A DNA stretch of 64,000 nucleotides from Microgenomates group bacterium GW2011_GWC1_46_15 (lineage in GTDB: Bacteria; Patescibacteriota; Microgenomatia; UBA1400; UBA12028), in the NCBI GenBank assembly GCA_001002285.1, contig LCLX01000001.1, positions 128,030 to 192,029 of the forward strand. The letters run 5' to 3'. The notes below the pieces were generated by a model, which did not search any database, was not told the DNA's origin, and saw only the letters and a list, made by a program, of their open reading frames with translations. Shown one piece after another: positions 1 to 9,076 of the stretch. How positions within the stretch are numbered: position 1 is the first letter of the stretch; each line of letters starts with the position of its first letter. The translations under genes and the position numbers were made by a program.

Positions 1-1023
1 GGATATTGGAAACATAAAGAAAAGAGCCGCAAACAGCGCGATCCATGAAAAAAGGAAAGGAAGCGGAAAAGAGTGTTTGTTTTTTTTCTTGAGAATGAAC
101 ACGGTGATGCCCGCGACAATGGTGAGCCCAAGATGTACCCAGCCAAGATTAAAAGAAAGTCCATCGTTGTGGCCTTTTACCGATCCTCCAAATCCCCATC
201 CGCTTTGAATAAGTTGTACCGCGTACACAAAATGATCCGGATAATCACGCGCGATTGTTTGATCTAAAAACGTAATACTTTTTTCGGTTAACGCGGGAAC
301 GAGGAAGAAACTCGCCATCATAAGTCCGAGAACAAAAGAGATGCTCGCGTGAATTGTTGGCCACAACGATTTTTTATATATGGATTGCAAAAAACTATAT
401 CCAAAAAAGAAAGCAAAGAGGATGAGCGCCGATATGTTGTGTGAAATACCAAGGGCAAAAATAACAAGACTTGTAAGAAGAATGGTGTACTTCTTTTTCT
501 GCGTGATCGCCTCAACGCCCCACAGAATAAGCGGGGTGAAAATGAATGCCGCGGACTCTGCCACGGACCCTTTAACGTAGATATTAAGGAGGCGGTACGG
601 GGCGTACATGTACAACACAGATCCTAAGAGTGCGAAGGGAAACGGCACGTGTCTCCGGAGATACACAAACATGATGATGCCCGAAAGGATAAATGTAAAA
701 GCAAGCTCAGCTTTCATGGCGGTGGTTGCCGAAAATCCTGCCATCATGATGGGAACGCCAAAGTAATACACGGAAGGATAGTTAAAGTTAAAAAATGGAT
801 ATCCATATCCCGAGTAGAGGCGTTTTGACCAACGGACGGGGAACTGCCCGTCTTGAAACGCTTGGTAAAACTCATCCATGCGGATAAGGTGGCCAACGCC
901 GTCATGCGATGAGAAATATCCAGGAAGAGTGAGGTCTTTAATCCCAGGAATGGCAAGCGCGATAACGAGAAGAATCGGAAGGAACAGTTTGAGAAAGATA
1001 CTTTTGAATTTTTTACTGGGCAT
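1..1023 (-). CDS. Polytopic membrane protein, possibly a GT-C-type glycosyltransferase; 3' end lies beyond the window start
   Basis: I translated the reverse complement of 1..1023 by hand: start MPSKKFKSIFLKLFLPILLVIALAIPG and no stop down to position 1 (at least 341 aa). It has multiple hydrophobic helices and a conserved loop SHDGVGHLIRMDEFYQAFQDGQFPVRWSKRLYSGYGYPFFNFNYP. It is absent from the ORF track because it runs off the edge. The function call is a guess from the motif. Confidence 0.45.
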   Translation of the reverse strand, partial: MPSKKFKSIFLKLFLPILLVIALAIPGIKDLTLPGYFSSHDGVGHLIRMDEFYQAFQDGQFPVRWSKRLYSGYGYPFFNFNYPSVYYFGVPIMMAGFSATTAMKAELAFTFILSGIIMFVYLRRHVPFPFALLGSVLYMYAPYRLLNIYVKGSVAESAAFIFTPLILWGVEAITQKKKYTILLTSLVIFALGISHNISALILFAFFFGYSFLQSIYKKSLWPTIHASISFVLGLMMASFFLVPALTEKSITFLDQTIARDYPDHFVYAVQLIQSGWGFGGSVKGHNDGLSFNLGWVHLGLTIVAGITVFILKKKNKHSFPLPFLFSWIALFAALFFMFPIS

Positions 1024-1102
1024 GACCACACTGTACCAAGGAACAGACCCACCTGTCCACATTGGTCTTGGGCGATGAAGGTCTATAAAAGGAACCAACT
1101 TT

Positions 1103-1132
1103 TTGCGTGGATTCAGACAAGCGTCATAGTAT
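1103..1132 (+). promoter_or_regulatory. Possible sigma70-like promoter for pilB (TTGCGT, 18-nt spacer, TAGTAT)
   Basis: Hexamers read directly from the sequence, about 15 nt upstream of the pilB ATG. The match to consensus is weak. Confidence 0.2.
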
Positions 1133-1146
1133 ATGATGAATGATGT

Positions 1147-2826
1147 ATGCTTTCAGATGAACAAATAAAATCCTTAGTTCTTTCTGCTAACCTTGTTTCC
1201 GAACAACAACTGCTCGAGGTTAGTGCCTTTGCCAAGACCGTCGGGCATTCATTACCAGAGGCTTTGATTGAAAAGGGGTTGGTGAACAGTGAGGTATTCG
1301 GAAATCTTGTGGCTTCTTCCCTCAATATCCCATATATCGCGCTTGCGAAATTGCAAATTCCAGAAGAAGTGATTAATGAGGTGCCGCCGAGATTGGCGAG
1401 AAAATACAAAATGGTTGCCTTTTCTCAGGCTGATGGGAATCTTCATATCGCTGTGGATGACATGCCAAGTTCTGAAGTTCTTGAGCTACTCGCCCGTAAA
1501 ACTGGACAAAAAATAATCCTTTACTACGCGTCTTTCAGAGATATTGAAAATGCCATGCAGTTTTACAAAAAAGATATTCAAAAGACCGTGGATCTTCTTC
1601 TCAAGGAAGACACGGGTCGTTTCGAAACTCAAGATTTACCGGTTACAAAAATTGTTGATACTCTTATCCGTTTTTCATACGACGACAAAGCCTCGGACAT
1701 TCACATCGAACCCCAAGAAAAAGACGCGATTGTGCGTTTTCGCATCGATGGAGTTCTTCGGGATGTCCTGACTATGAGTCGTGATCTGCACGACAGAATT
1801 ATGACTCGCATTAAGGTGTTATCAAGTTTGCGCACCGATGAACACTTGAGTGCACAGGATGGAAAAATGCAACAACACATGGAAGAAGAAACGTTGGATA
1901 TTCGTGTGTCTATTGTTCCAATCGCCGATGGAGAAAAAGCCGTGTTACGTCTTTTATCTTCTCGGTCTCGGCAGTTTTCTCTTACTGATCTTGGGATGGA
2001 TGAAAAGGATTTGGCAAAAGTTACCCGTGCGTATACCCACTCTTTTGGTATGCTCTTGTCCACGGGCCCTACGGGATCTGGGAAAACAACTTCCATCTAT
2101 GCCATGCTGAAAACCTTAAATGAACGAGGGAGTAATGTCACCACTATCGAAGACCCCGTTGAGTATCGTATTAAAGGGGCAAACCAGATTCAGGTGAATG
2201 TCAAAACCAATCTCACATTTGCCAATGGTTTACGCTCTATCCTTCGTCAAGATCCCAATATTATTTTTGTGGGCGAAATCCGTGATAGTGAAACTGCCGG
2301 TATTGCCGTGAACGCAGCCTTAACCGGACACTTAGTGTTTTCAACACTGCATACCAATGATGCCGCAACGACAATCCCCCGTCTCATTGATATGAAAGTT
2401 GAGCCGTTCCTTGTGGCATCAACAATCAGTGTCATTATTGCCCAAAGACTTTTGCGTCGTATCTGCGATATTTGTAAAGAGCCTCTGATGATTACGGAAG
2501 TAGAACTCTTAAAGAATTTTCCAGAAGATATGGTAAAACGTCATTTTGTTGCAAACGAAAAAGGAGAGGTTCAAATTTTTCATGGTCCGGGGTGCAAGAC
2601 GTGTCGTAGCTCTGGATATGTGGGAAGGATAGGTATATTTGAAGTATTGGAAGTGACGAAACGCATTCGCGAACTCATCGTCAAACGAGCCGACGCCGAC
2701 CTTATTACTATGGCAGCCGTTGAGGAGGGCATGACGACAATTCTGGATGATGGTTTAGATAAGGTTGCTAAAGGTGTTACCACCCTTGAAGAAGTTTTGC
2801 GGGTGACAAAAACGGAGTTTGTATGA
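1147..2826 (+). CDS. pilB: Type IV pilus assembly ATPase PilB (GspE family)
   Basis: 559 aa. GspE N-terminal domain, Walker A GPTGSGKTT, GEIRD box, and CxxC...CxxC Zn motif (CDICKE...GPGCKTC). The stop overlaps the pilC start (ATGA). Confidence 0.9.
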   Translation: MLSDEQIKSLVLSANLVSEQQLLEVSAFAKTVGHSLPEALIEKGLVNSEVFGNLVASSLNIPYIALAKLQIPEEVINEVPPRLARKYKMVAFSQADGNLHIAVDDMPSSEVLELLARKTGQKIILYYASFRDIENAMQFYKKDIQKTVDLLLKEDTGRFETQDLPVTKIVDTLIRFSYDDKASDIHIEPQEKDAIVRFRIDGVLRDVLTMSRDLHDRIMTRIKVLSSLRTDEHLSAQDGKMQQHMEEETLDIRVSIVPIADGEKAVLRLLSSRSRQFSLTDLGMDEKDLAKVTRAYTHSFGMLLSTGPTGSGKTTSIYAMLKTLNERGSNVTTIEDPVEYRIKGANQIQVNVKTNLTFANGLRSILRQDPNIIFVGEIRDSETAGIAVNAALTGHLVFSTLHTNDAATTIPRLIDMKVEPFLVASTISVIIAQRLLRRICDICKEPLMITEVELLKNFPEDMVKRHFVANEKGEVQIFHGPGCKTCRSSGYVGRIGIFEVLEVTKRIRELIVKRADADLITMAAVEEGMTTILDDGLDKVAKGVTTLEEVLRVTKTEFV

Positions 2827-3875
2827 ACACACACGCCATTTTTCTTTCCACAAACGAAAAAATTGGCCTCATGAGCAATTTATCTACAATGTTAACGGCA
2901 GGTATTCCGATTTTAGAGGCGGTTGACTCACTCGAATTGGATGCAAAGGGAAACACAAAGATTGTCTTGCAAGAGTTACGCACAGATCTGAACGAAGGAG
3001 AGCGCGTGTATAGTACGATGAGCAAATTTCCACGAGTGTTTGATAAGGTGATGGTGAGTTTGGTGAAAGCTTCAGAAGAAGCGGGGACATTAAATCAAAT
3101 CCTCAAGGATTTAAAAGAGAGCATAAAAAAAGAAGCGGAGTTTACTGACAAAATAAAATCGGCACTCACCTACCCCGTACTCATTTTGATTATTTTTATG
3201 GCGGTACTCCTTATGATTTTAATAGTTGTGATTCCGAAAATTTCAACAGTCTTTTCCCGATTATCAGTACAACTGCCATTGCCTACACGAATACTTATTA
3301 TTGCATCAAACCTTATTTTGCATAATACTGTGCCGCTTCTTCTTGTCCTTGGAGTACTCGTTCTCCTCTTTATTTTGATCTACCGACGAAATCGAGGCTT
3401 AATCCTTGCTCCATTACTCTCACTTCCCATTATTTCTGACCTCGTACGCAAAATTGACTTAACCCGTTTTTCACACAGCATGTACTTACTTCTAAGTTCC
3501 GGGTTACCGATTTCCGCGGCATTATCGCTTGTTCAGGACGTCGTCATTCGGAAGGATATTGCGCGGATCATTTCACAAACCAGGGACATTATCATATCGG
3601 GAGGAAAATTATCTGAAGGACTTAAAAAGGGGAACCGTGTTGTACCAGCCATCATGATTAAGCTGATCGAGGTTGGAGATAAAACTGGGACATTGGACAA
3701 ATCAATGCAAGATGTCTCCGAGTACATGGAGTATGAGGTTTCTAATCGGTTGCAGACGATCACAGTTCTCTTGGAGCCCATTATGTTAGTGTTTGTTGGT
3801 ATTGTCGTAGGCGGCATGATGTTGGCGATTATTGCCCCAATTTATGGTCTTATTGGTCAGGTTGGGGGACGCTAG
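2823..3875 (+). CDS. pilC: Type IV pilus inner-membrane platform protein PilC (GspF family)
   Basis: 350 aa. Two GspF-like repeats with TM helices (LTYPVLILIIFMAVLL...; EPIMLVFVGIVVGGMMLAII). Sits immediately downstream of pilB. Confidence 0.85.
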   Translation: MNTHAIFLSTNEKIGLMSNLSTMLTAGIPILEAVDSLELDAKGNTKIVLQELRTDLNEGERVYSTMSKFPRVFDKVMVSLVKASEEAGTLNQILKDLKESIKKEAEFTDKIKSALTYPVLILIIFMAVLLMILIVVIPKISTVFSRLSVQLPLPTRILIIASNLILHNTVPLLLVLGVLVLLFILIYRRNRGLILAPLLSLPIISDLVRKIDLTRFSHSMYLLLSSGLPISAALSLVQDVVIRKDIARIISQTRDIIISGGKLSEGLKKGNRVVPAIMIKLIEVGDKTGTLDKSMQDVSEYMEYEVSNRLQTITVLLEPIMLVFVGIVVGGMMLAIIAPIYGLIGQVGGR

Positions 3876-3907
3876 ACTGTCAACTCATCACGAAAGCGAG
3901 TGTTGCA

Positions 3908-4396
3908 ATGAGTTCTCTACAAAACGTTGGATTTACACTCGTTGAGTTGGCTGTTACGACAGCGCTTTTTTTAAGTCTACTCGCAATCGCTGTCCCCAAT
4001 CTTTTGGGAATACGGGAACGTGTTGAAATGAGAAGTGTTGTGAACACTGTTCTGGCCGATATTCGGGGGCAACAACTCAAAGCAATGTTGGGTGATACGG
4101 AAGGTCGGGAAACGACCGATCTTTACGGGGTTCATTTTGAAACGAGTTCCTACACACTTTTCCATGGGGCAAGTTACTCACCCTTGGAGTCAACAAATAT
4201 AGTGATCCCTCTTAGTGGGAATCTCCAGTTCGATCCCGTATCTTTTCCTAATTCAGCCATCATTTTTAACAAGGGTAGTGGGACGGTTCTTGGTTTTGAT
4301 TCTCAGGCCCATTCGATTGTGTTGATAAATCCAAACACCAGCGAAACGATTTCGGTAACCTTTAATACATTTGGCGTTGTGACGGGAGTGCAATGA
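3908..4396 (+). CDS. Prepilin-type minor pilin / pseudopilin
   Basis: N-terminal class III signal MSSLQNVG|FTLVELAVTTALFL (G-1, F+1, E+5), followed by a hydrophobic helix. Confidence 0.75.
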   Translation: MSSLQNVGFTLVELAVTTALFLSLLAIAVPNLLGIRERVEMRSVVNTVLADIRGQQLKAMLGDTEGRETTDLYGVHFETSSYTLFHGASYSPLESTNIVIPLSGNLQFDPVSFPNSAIIFNKGSGTVLGFDSQAHSIVLINPNTSETISVTFNTFGVVTGVQ

Positions 4397-6303
4397 AACA
4401 CTGGTATGCTCAAGGTGGTCAAATGCTTGTTGAAGTGTTGCTCGCGTTGGCGATAATGTCACTTGTCTTACCCGCGCTTCTTACAGGTATTGTTGCAACC
4501 CGCGAGGGTAAACCACAGCAAATGCAGCGATTGCAGGCTACAGCTTTCATGCGTGAAGCCACCGAGGCAGTACGTTCGGTTCGGGAAAGAAGTTGGGCGG
4601 GGATAGCGACGAATGGCCAATACCATCCAGAGTTTTCAGGTGGATTGTGGAACTTGGTCAGTGGAGGAGAAACATTTTCCGGTTTTTCCCGTTCAATTGA
4701 TGTTTCATCTGTCTACCGTGATGCAAGCAATACCATTGCCGCAAATGGTACGTTAGATCCTTCTACCAAAAAAATTATCGTGACTGTTTCTTGGACTACT
4801 CCTAGAGTTACTACTGTAGATTCAACGTTTTATTTGACTCGGCATTTGGATAATCTGAAGCATCTTGAAACAACAGAAGCTGAGTTTAATGGTGGAAGCA
4901 AAACAAATCTGGTTGTCACCAATGTGAGCGGGGGTGAACTGCAGTTAATACCTGGTGGATCAAGTGACTGGTGTGCTCCGAATCTCTCCATGAATCCTAC
5001 AGTGAATCTTCCCAAAAGCGGAGTAGCCAATGCGATTCATGCTATCGAAGGTAAGGTTTTTGCGGGTACTGGAGACAATGCTTCGGGTGTCGCATACGCG
5101 ACTGTAACGCTTACAAATGCAAATCCTCCCATAGCCACGATTCTGAATACATTTGATGGATATAAAACAAATGCGGCATTTGGAGATGCGAATTATGCCT
5201 ATTTAGCTACCGACAATAACAACAAAGAAATTGTGATCATTGATATCAGCGGATCATCGCCAACCGAAGCAGGAAACTTTAATGCTCCAGGCGTAACTTC
5301 AGGAACAAGTATCGCCACTGGAGCATCAATAGGATTCATGACTTCAGGAAACACTCTTTACAGTTTCGATCTTTCTAGTAGAAATGGATCCCGAAGCCAA
5401 GTAGGATCCCTATCAATAGCTGGAATCGGAAAAAAACTGGTGTTGAGGGGAAACTATTTGTATGCGGTTACTGATTCAGATACAACACAACTGCACATTG
5501 TTGATGTAAGCAACCCAGCGAATATGTCTATCATAGGACAGGCAAGTGTTGCCGGAAGTGCGGGGGTAGACGTATTTATGAATGCCGATAGTTCACGGGC
5601 GTACCTCGTAACTACCAACTCACCAACAATGCCTGAATTTTTTGTGATTGATACATCAATAAAAACTGGTGATCGTCCCACATTGGGTACGTACAATACA
5701 GGAGAGATGAACCCAACAGGTGTTACCGCTGTTTCTGGAAACAAAGCAATTATCGTTGGAACGGGAGGACAGGAGTATCAAGTAGTGAGACTTACCACAG
5801 AATCTACACCCGCGTATTGTGGAGGATTGGATATTGATTCCGGCATTCGTGGACTTGCTTCGGTGTTAGAAGCAGACCAAGATGTTTTTACATACATTAT
5901 CACTGGAGACGCGTCCTCAGAACTAAAAATTATTAGTGGCGATCCGGGAAGTGGGGTAGCAACTGCAGGAACGTATGAATCGAGTACCTTTGATGCTGTT
6001 TACACAGTTGCATTTAACCGGTTCCGCGTACACGCCACACAACCTGCTGGGACAAGTATTACATATCAAGTTGCAGTTTCCCCAGCCATTTCAGGAAGTT
6101 GCACAGGAGCATCATTTTCCTACGTCGGTCCGGATGGTTCAGGAAGTACTTTCTTTTCTGCAGACACTAATCCTATTCCTTTCATCACGGCTGGTGCGTA
6201 TGAAAACCCAGGACAATGTTTTCGCTATAAAGCCTATTTTTCAACATCTGATGTAAGCATCACCCCGATATTTTCAGATATCACAATCAATTATTCGCCG
6301 TGA
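4393..6303 (+). CDS. Large (636 aa) prepilin-like protein with LVIVD-like beta-propeller repeats; putative pilus tip or minor pilin adhesin
   Basis: N-terminus MKHWYAQGG|QMLVEVLLALAIMSLVL is a pilin-like class III signal with E at +5. Internal repeats QLHIVDVSNPANMSIIG, IVIIDISGSSPTEAGNF and FFVIDTSIKTGDRPTLGTY resemble the LVIVD repeat. Start overlaps the previous stop (ATGA). Confidence 0.65.
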   Translation: MKHWYAQGGQMLVEVLLALAIMSLVLPALLTGIVATREGKPQQMQRLQATAFMREATEAVRSVRERSWAGIATNGQYHPEFSGGLWNLVSGGETFSGFSRSIDVSSVYRDASNTIAANGTLDPSTKKIIVTVSWTTPRVTTVDSTFYLTRHLDNLKHLETTEAEFNGGSKTNLVVTNVSGGELQLIPGGSSDWCAPNLSMNPTVNLPKSGVANAIHAIEGKVFAGTGDNASGVAYATVTLTNANPPIATILNTFDGYKTNAAFGDANYAYLATDNNNKEIVIIDISGSSPTEAGNFNAPGVTSGTSIATGASIGFMTSGNTLYSFDLSSRNGSRSQVGSLSIAGIGKKLVLRGNYLYAVTDSDTTQLHIVDVSNPANMSIIGQASVAGSAGVDVFMNADSSRAYLVTTNSPTMPEFFVIDTSIKTGDRPTLGTYNTGEMNPTGVTAVSGNKAIIVGTGGQEYQVVRLTTESTPAYCGGLDIDSGIRGLASVLEADQDVFTYIITGDASSELKIISGDPGSGVATAGTYESSTFDAVYTVAFNRFRVHATQPAGTSITYQVAVSPAISGSCTGASFSYVGPDGSGSTFFSADTNPIPFITAGAYENPGQCFRYKAYFSTSDVSITPIFSDITINYSP

Positions 6304-6318
6304 TGAATTGGGAAAACA

Positions 6319-6825
6319 ATGAAACATACACTCAACAACAATGTTCAACAAGCAGGGTTTTCTCTTGTTGAACTCTTGCTCTACATGGGTTTGATCTCTA
6401 TTCTCTTAGTGATCCTCATGTCTGTTTTTCTTTCCGCTCTTGACGTCCAACAGTCATCACAAGCAACTTCTACTGTAGAACAGGAGGGCAGGTATCTCTT
6501 AACCAGACTGGCATACGATATTCATCGAGCTTCAAGTGTAACGACTCCCGACAGTGTGGGAAGTTCTAGCCCGACATTAACGTTAGTGATTGGCGGAGTA
6601 TCGTATGCGTACACACTTTCGAATAGTCAGCTCCTGTTAGCTTTAGATGGATTTTCCGAATCTTTATCAAGCGTTGATTCACACATTTCCGACCTTTCCT
6701 TTACCAAAGTAGGAAGTCCATCAGGTAAAGCAACACTTCACATGACCTTTACTGTTCAGGGAGTTGGAACAAGCTCACAACCATCAGAAATCCGTCAATA
6801 TTCATCTAGTGTAGGATTGAGATAG
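6319..6825 (+). CDS. Prepilin-type minor pilin
   Basis: MKHTLNNNVQQAG|FSLVELLLYMGLISILLVIL is a canonical G|F(S/T)LxE prepilin N-terminus. 168 aa. Confidence 0.75.
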   Translation: MKHTLNNNVQQAGFSLVELLLYMGLISILLVILMSVFLSALDVQQSSQATSTVEQEGRYLLTRLAYDIHRASSVTTPDSVGSSSPTLTLVIGGVSYAYTLSNSQLLLALDGFSESLSSVDSHISDLSFTKVGSPSGKATLHMTFTVQGVGTSSQPSEIRQYSSSVGLR

Positions 6826-6826
6826 T

Positions 6827-7219
6827 ATGCCTCCCCATAAATCTTTGTCTTCATCCCAATCTGGACAAGCCTTAGTCATCTTGCTCATATTTGTAGCTGT
6901 TTCTGTAATGATAACGATTGCTTCTGTAACATTGATTGTTATAACCTCATCCGGAATGAGCAGTTTTGAACAAAGCACTATGGCCTATGATATTGCTGAA
7001 GCTGGAACTGAGAATGCGTTACTTCGGCTTTTGCGTAACCCCGCCTATACTGGGGAAACATTGACAGTGGGAGATGGGACAGCAACAATAACAGTGACAG
7101 GATCGGGGACCCAAACAATCACCTCTACTGGTCGTTTGAATAACTACCTACGGAAAATACAGGTTGTTGTGGTGGTCGATGATGTGGACACAATACAGTC
7201 CTGGATGGAAGTGTACTAA
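6827..7219 (+). CDS. PilX-like minor pilin
   Basis: N-terminus ...SQSGQALVILLIFVAVSVMITIAS is a PilX-type hydrophobic segment. 130 aa. Begins 2 nt after the previous stop. Confidence 0.55.
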   Translation: MPPHKSLSSSQSGQALVILLIFVAVSVMITIASVTLIVITSSGMSSFEQSTMAYDIAEAGTENALLRLLRNPAYTGETLTVGDGTATITVTGSGTQTITSTGRLNNYLRKIQVVVVVDDVDTIQSWMEVY

Positions 7220-7221
7220 AT

Positions 7222-7905
7222 ATGCCCAATGTACTCCCTTCTTTGGCAGTGTTATACATCGAGGTCCAGCGCATGAGTCTTTGTAGGGGGAATGGTCAGA
7301 TTCTTTGGGTAGATATTCCAGAAACAATTGTTCATAATTTCGAGGTTGTTTCAAAGCCAGAATTTAATACCCTGATTCGTAATTTTGTTGGGACACATAC
7401 AATAACAGGGGGACCGCTTATCCTCATTTTCTCGGAAGCAATTGCCTTTGAAAAATTTTTTGCAGGGTTGCCTTCCGAACAAAAAGAAAGCGAGTTCCAA
7501 GTGTTTTATGAATCAGTTCCGTTTGAACGCACGCTCACTCGTGCGTATCCTTTCCAGAATGGATCAAAAGCAATCGCAATTAATCGAGATTTGTACGAAT
7601 CCATACGGGATGCGTTTGAGCAGGTTGGATTTCAGATCCTTGCGGTTGTTCCTGGCTATGTGATGACAATGATGGGTTTTAATACTTTTGATGTTGAGAC
7701 GGCAAAACAAATAATAAAAAAGTTCGATACGGTAAAACAGCAAACGATGATTGCTATCCATCAACCAGCTCGAACGATACAACAGCAGGAAGATGAACTG
7801 GCAAAAAAGCACACCCCGCTCATTTTATTGATCTTTTTTGTTTTTCTGGGGATTGTATTGGGGGGAACGATCCTTATTCTTCGATTGGGGAGCAACGTCC
7901 CCTAA
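7222..7905 (+). CDS. Hypothetical pilus-cluster protein with a C-terminal transmembrane anchor; a PilM/PilN-like assembly role is possible
   Basis: 227 aa with a cytoplasmic N-terminal domain and a single C-terminal TM helix (TPLILLIFFVFLGIVLGGTILILRL). It is embedded between the minor pilins and pilA. No recognisable motif. Confidence 0.4.
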   Translation: MPNVLPSLAVLYIEVQRMSLCRGNGQILWVDIPETIVHNFEVVSKPEFNTLIRNFVGTHTITGGPLILIFSEAIAFEKFFAGLPSEQKESEFQVFYESVPFERTLTRAYPFQNGSKAIAINRDLYESIRDAFEQVGFQILAVVPGYVMTMMGFNTFDVETAKQIIKKFDTVKQQTMIAIHQPARTIQQQEDELAKKHTPLILLIFFVFLGIVLGGTILILRLGSNVP

Positions 7906-7951
7906 TATGACTCTTGACAAGAGAGTCTCTTTATCGGTACTCTAAAAGTAT

Positions 7952-8431
7952 ATGAAAAAACTAAAAATCACCGCCCAACGTGGTTTTACCCTTATAGAAC
8001 TGTTAGTTGTTATTGGAGTTTTGGCGGTACTCCTTGCGATCGTTTTGATTGCTATCAACCCAGCTCGTCAGTTCTCGCAAGCGAACAACACAAAACGCGC
8101 GAGTGATGTGAACGCTCTCTTGAATGCGGTTCATCAATATGCCGCAGATAATAAAGGGAACATTTCACCATTAAACATTGGTGCAACAGCAACGGCGATT
8201 AGTACTGCCGGTACCGGCGCGGCATTCTGTGATGCACTTATTACACAGTATTTGGCGGCACTCCCGAGTGACCCGACAGGTGCTTTGGCTGGTAACCCAG
8301 TTCTCAAAGCAGACTGTGCTACCTACGGTGATACTGGTTATACCATTAGTAAAAGTGGTACAGATAACCGTATTACTGTCACAGCTCCTAGTACGGAACT
8401 TGGAGTTACAACGATTAGTGTGACTCGATAA
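7952..8431 (+). CDS. pilA: Major type IV pilin PilA
   Basis: MKKLKITAQRG|FTLIELLVVIGVLAVLLAIVLIAINP is a textbook class III signal with an alpha1 helix. 159 aa. Own intergenic promoter region; a strong terminator follows. Confidence 0.85.
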   Translation: MKKLKITAQRGFTLIELLVVIGVLAVLLAIVLIAINPARQFSQANNTKRASDVNALLNAVHQYAADNKGNISPLNIGATATAISTAGTGAAFCDALITQYLAALPSDPTGALAGNPVLKADCATYGDTGYTISKSGTDNRITVTAPSTELGVTTISVTR

Positions 8432-8445
8432 AATGAAAAAACAAA

Positions 8446-8482
8446 AAGCCTTCTGACCGTATTGGAACAGAGGGCTTTTTTG
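8446..8482 (+). terminator. Rho-independent terminator after pilA
   Basis: Stem aagccttctg...cagagggctt (one mismatch) followed by TTTTTT, immediately downstream of the pilA stop. Confidence 0.6.
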
Positions 8483-8556
8483 GAGGGGTTAAGACCCTTC
8501 ATGCTATTTGACAGCGTCGAGCCTCCTTCAGTAGTATGGATAGAGAGGAGATCAAT

Positions 8557-8772
8557 ATGACAAAGAAAAAAGGTGTGAAACAAGGATTAACCAAAAACAC
8601 GCTCGTGTTGGTTTCTGTGTTTTTTATGCTTTTTGCCGTGTTTATAACCCTGCTGTATTACCGCCAAGTTGCTGATGTGCAGGCTTTTATTAAACTACAA
8701 AATCAGCAGCGGAATACGCTTCTGCTTGTCGCACCCTCTCCAAAGGCTGTTGCGCCGTTAAAAAGTAGATAA
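8557..8772 (+). CDS. Small single-TM hypothetical protein
   Basis: ATG at 8557 preceded by GAGAGGAG SD. MTKKKGVKQGL then TM LVLVSVFFMLFAVFITLLYY. The ORF track shows a longer form starting at 8536. Confidence 0.4.
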   Translation: MTKKKGVKQGLTKNTLVLVSVFFMLFAVFITLLYYRQVADVQAFIKLQNQQRNTLLLVAPSPKAVAPLKSR

Positions 8773-8842
8773 TAGTACATTTTCTTTGTGTGTTATTTCA
8801 ATAATGATAGTGGTGGGGGTTTTGGGGCACCAAGACTTCCTG

Positions 8843-8929
8843 CGGAGAGGGTGGGATTCGAACCCACGGTATACTTGCGCATACAGAGCTTTTCGAGAGC
8901 TCCGCACTAGACCACTATGCGACCTCTCC
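8843..8929 (-). tRNA. tRNA-Ser (anticodon CGA)
   Basis: Reverse complement GGAGAGGTCGCATAGTGGTCTAGTGCGGAGCTCTCGAAAAGCTCTGTATGCGCAAGTATACCGTGGGTTCGAATCCCACCCTCTCCG. Cloverleaf with anticodon loop CTCGAAA, long variable arm and T-loop GGTTCGAATCC. Confidence 0.85.
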
Positions 8930-8936
8930 AATGTTG

Positions 8937-9010
8937 TGCGCCCAAGAAGAATCGAACTTCTGACCTTCAGATCCGCAATCTGACGCTCTATCCAACTGAG
9001 CTATGGGCGC
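8937..9010 (-). tRNA. tRNA-Arg (anticodon read as GCG)
   Basis: Reverse complement GCGCCCATAGCTCAGTTGGATAGAGCGTCAGATTGCGGATCTGAAGGTCAGAAGTTCGATTCTTCTTGGGCGCA. 7-bp acceptor, Arg-type D-arm, anticodon stem TCAGA/TCTGA, loop TTGCGGA. 74 nt, 7 nt from tRNA-Ser. Confidence 0.8.
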
Positions 9011-9076
9011 ATGATTAGTGGCAAATACACCGCAATTTTACCACAAATCTCTGGGAAATCGGGCATAAAACTGGAT

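Noticed and set aside
73-1078. Track ORFs 73-267(+), 318-515(-), 380-580(+), 744-1052(-), 878-1078(+)
   Set aside because: All lie inside or out of frame with the long uninterrupted minus-strand membrane-protein frame that runs from 1023 to the window edge. Their translations are low-complexity.
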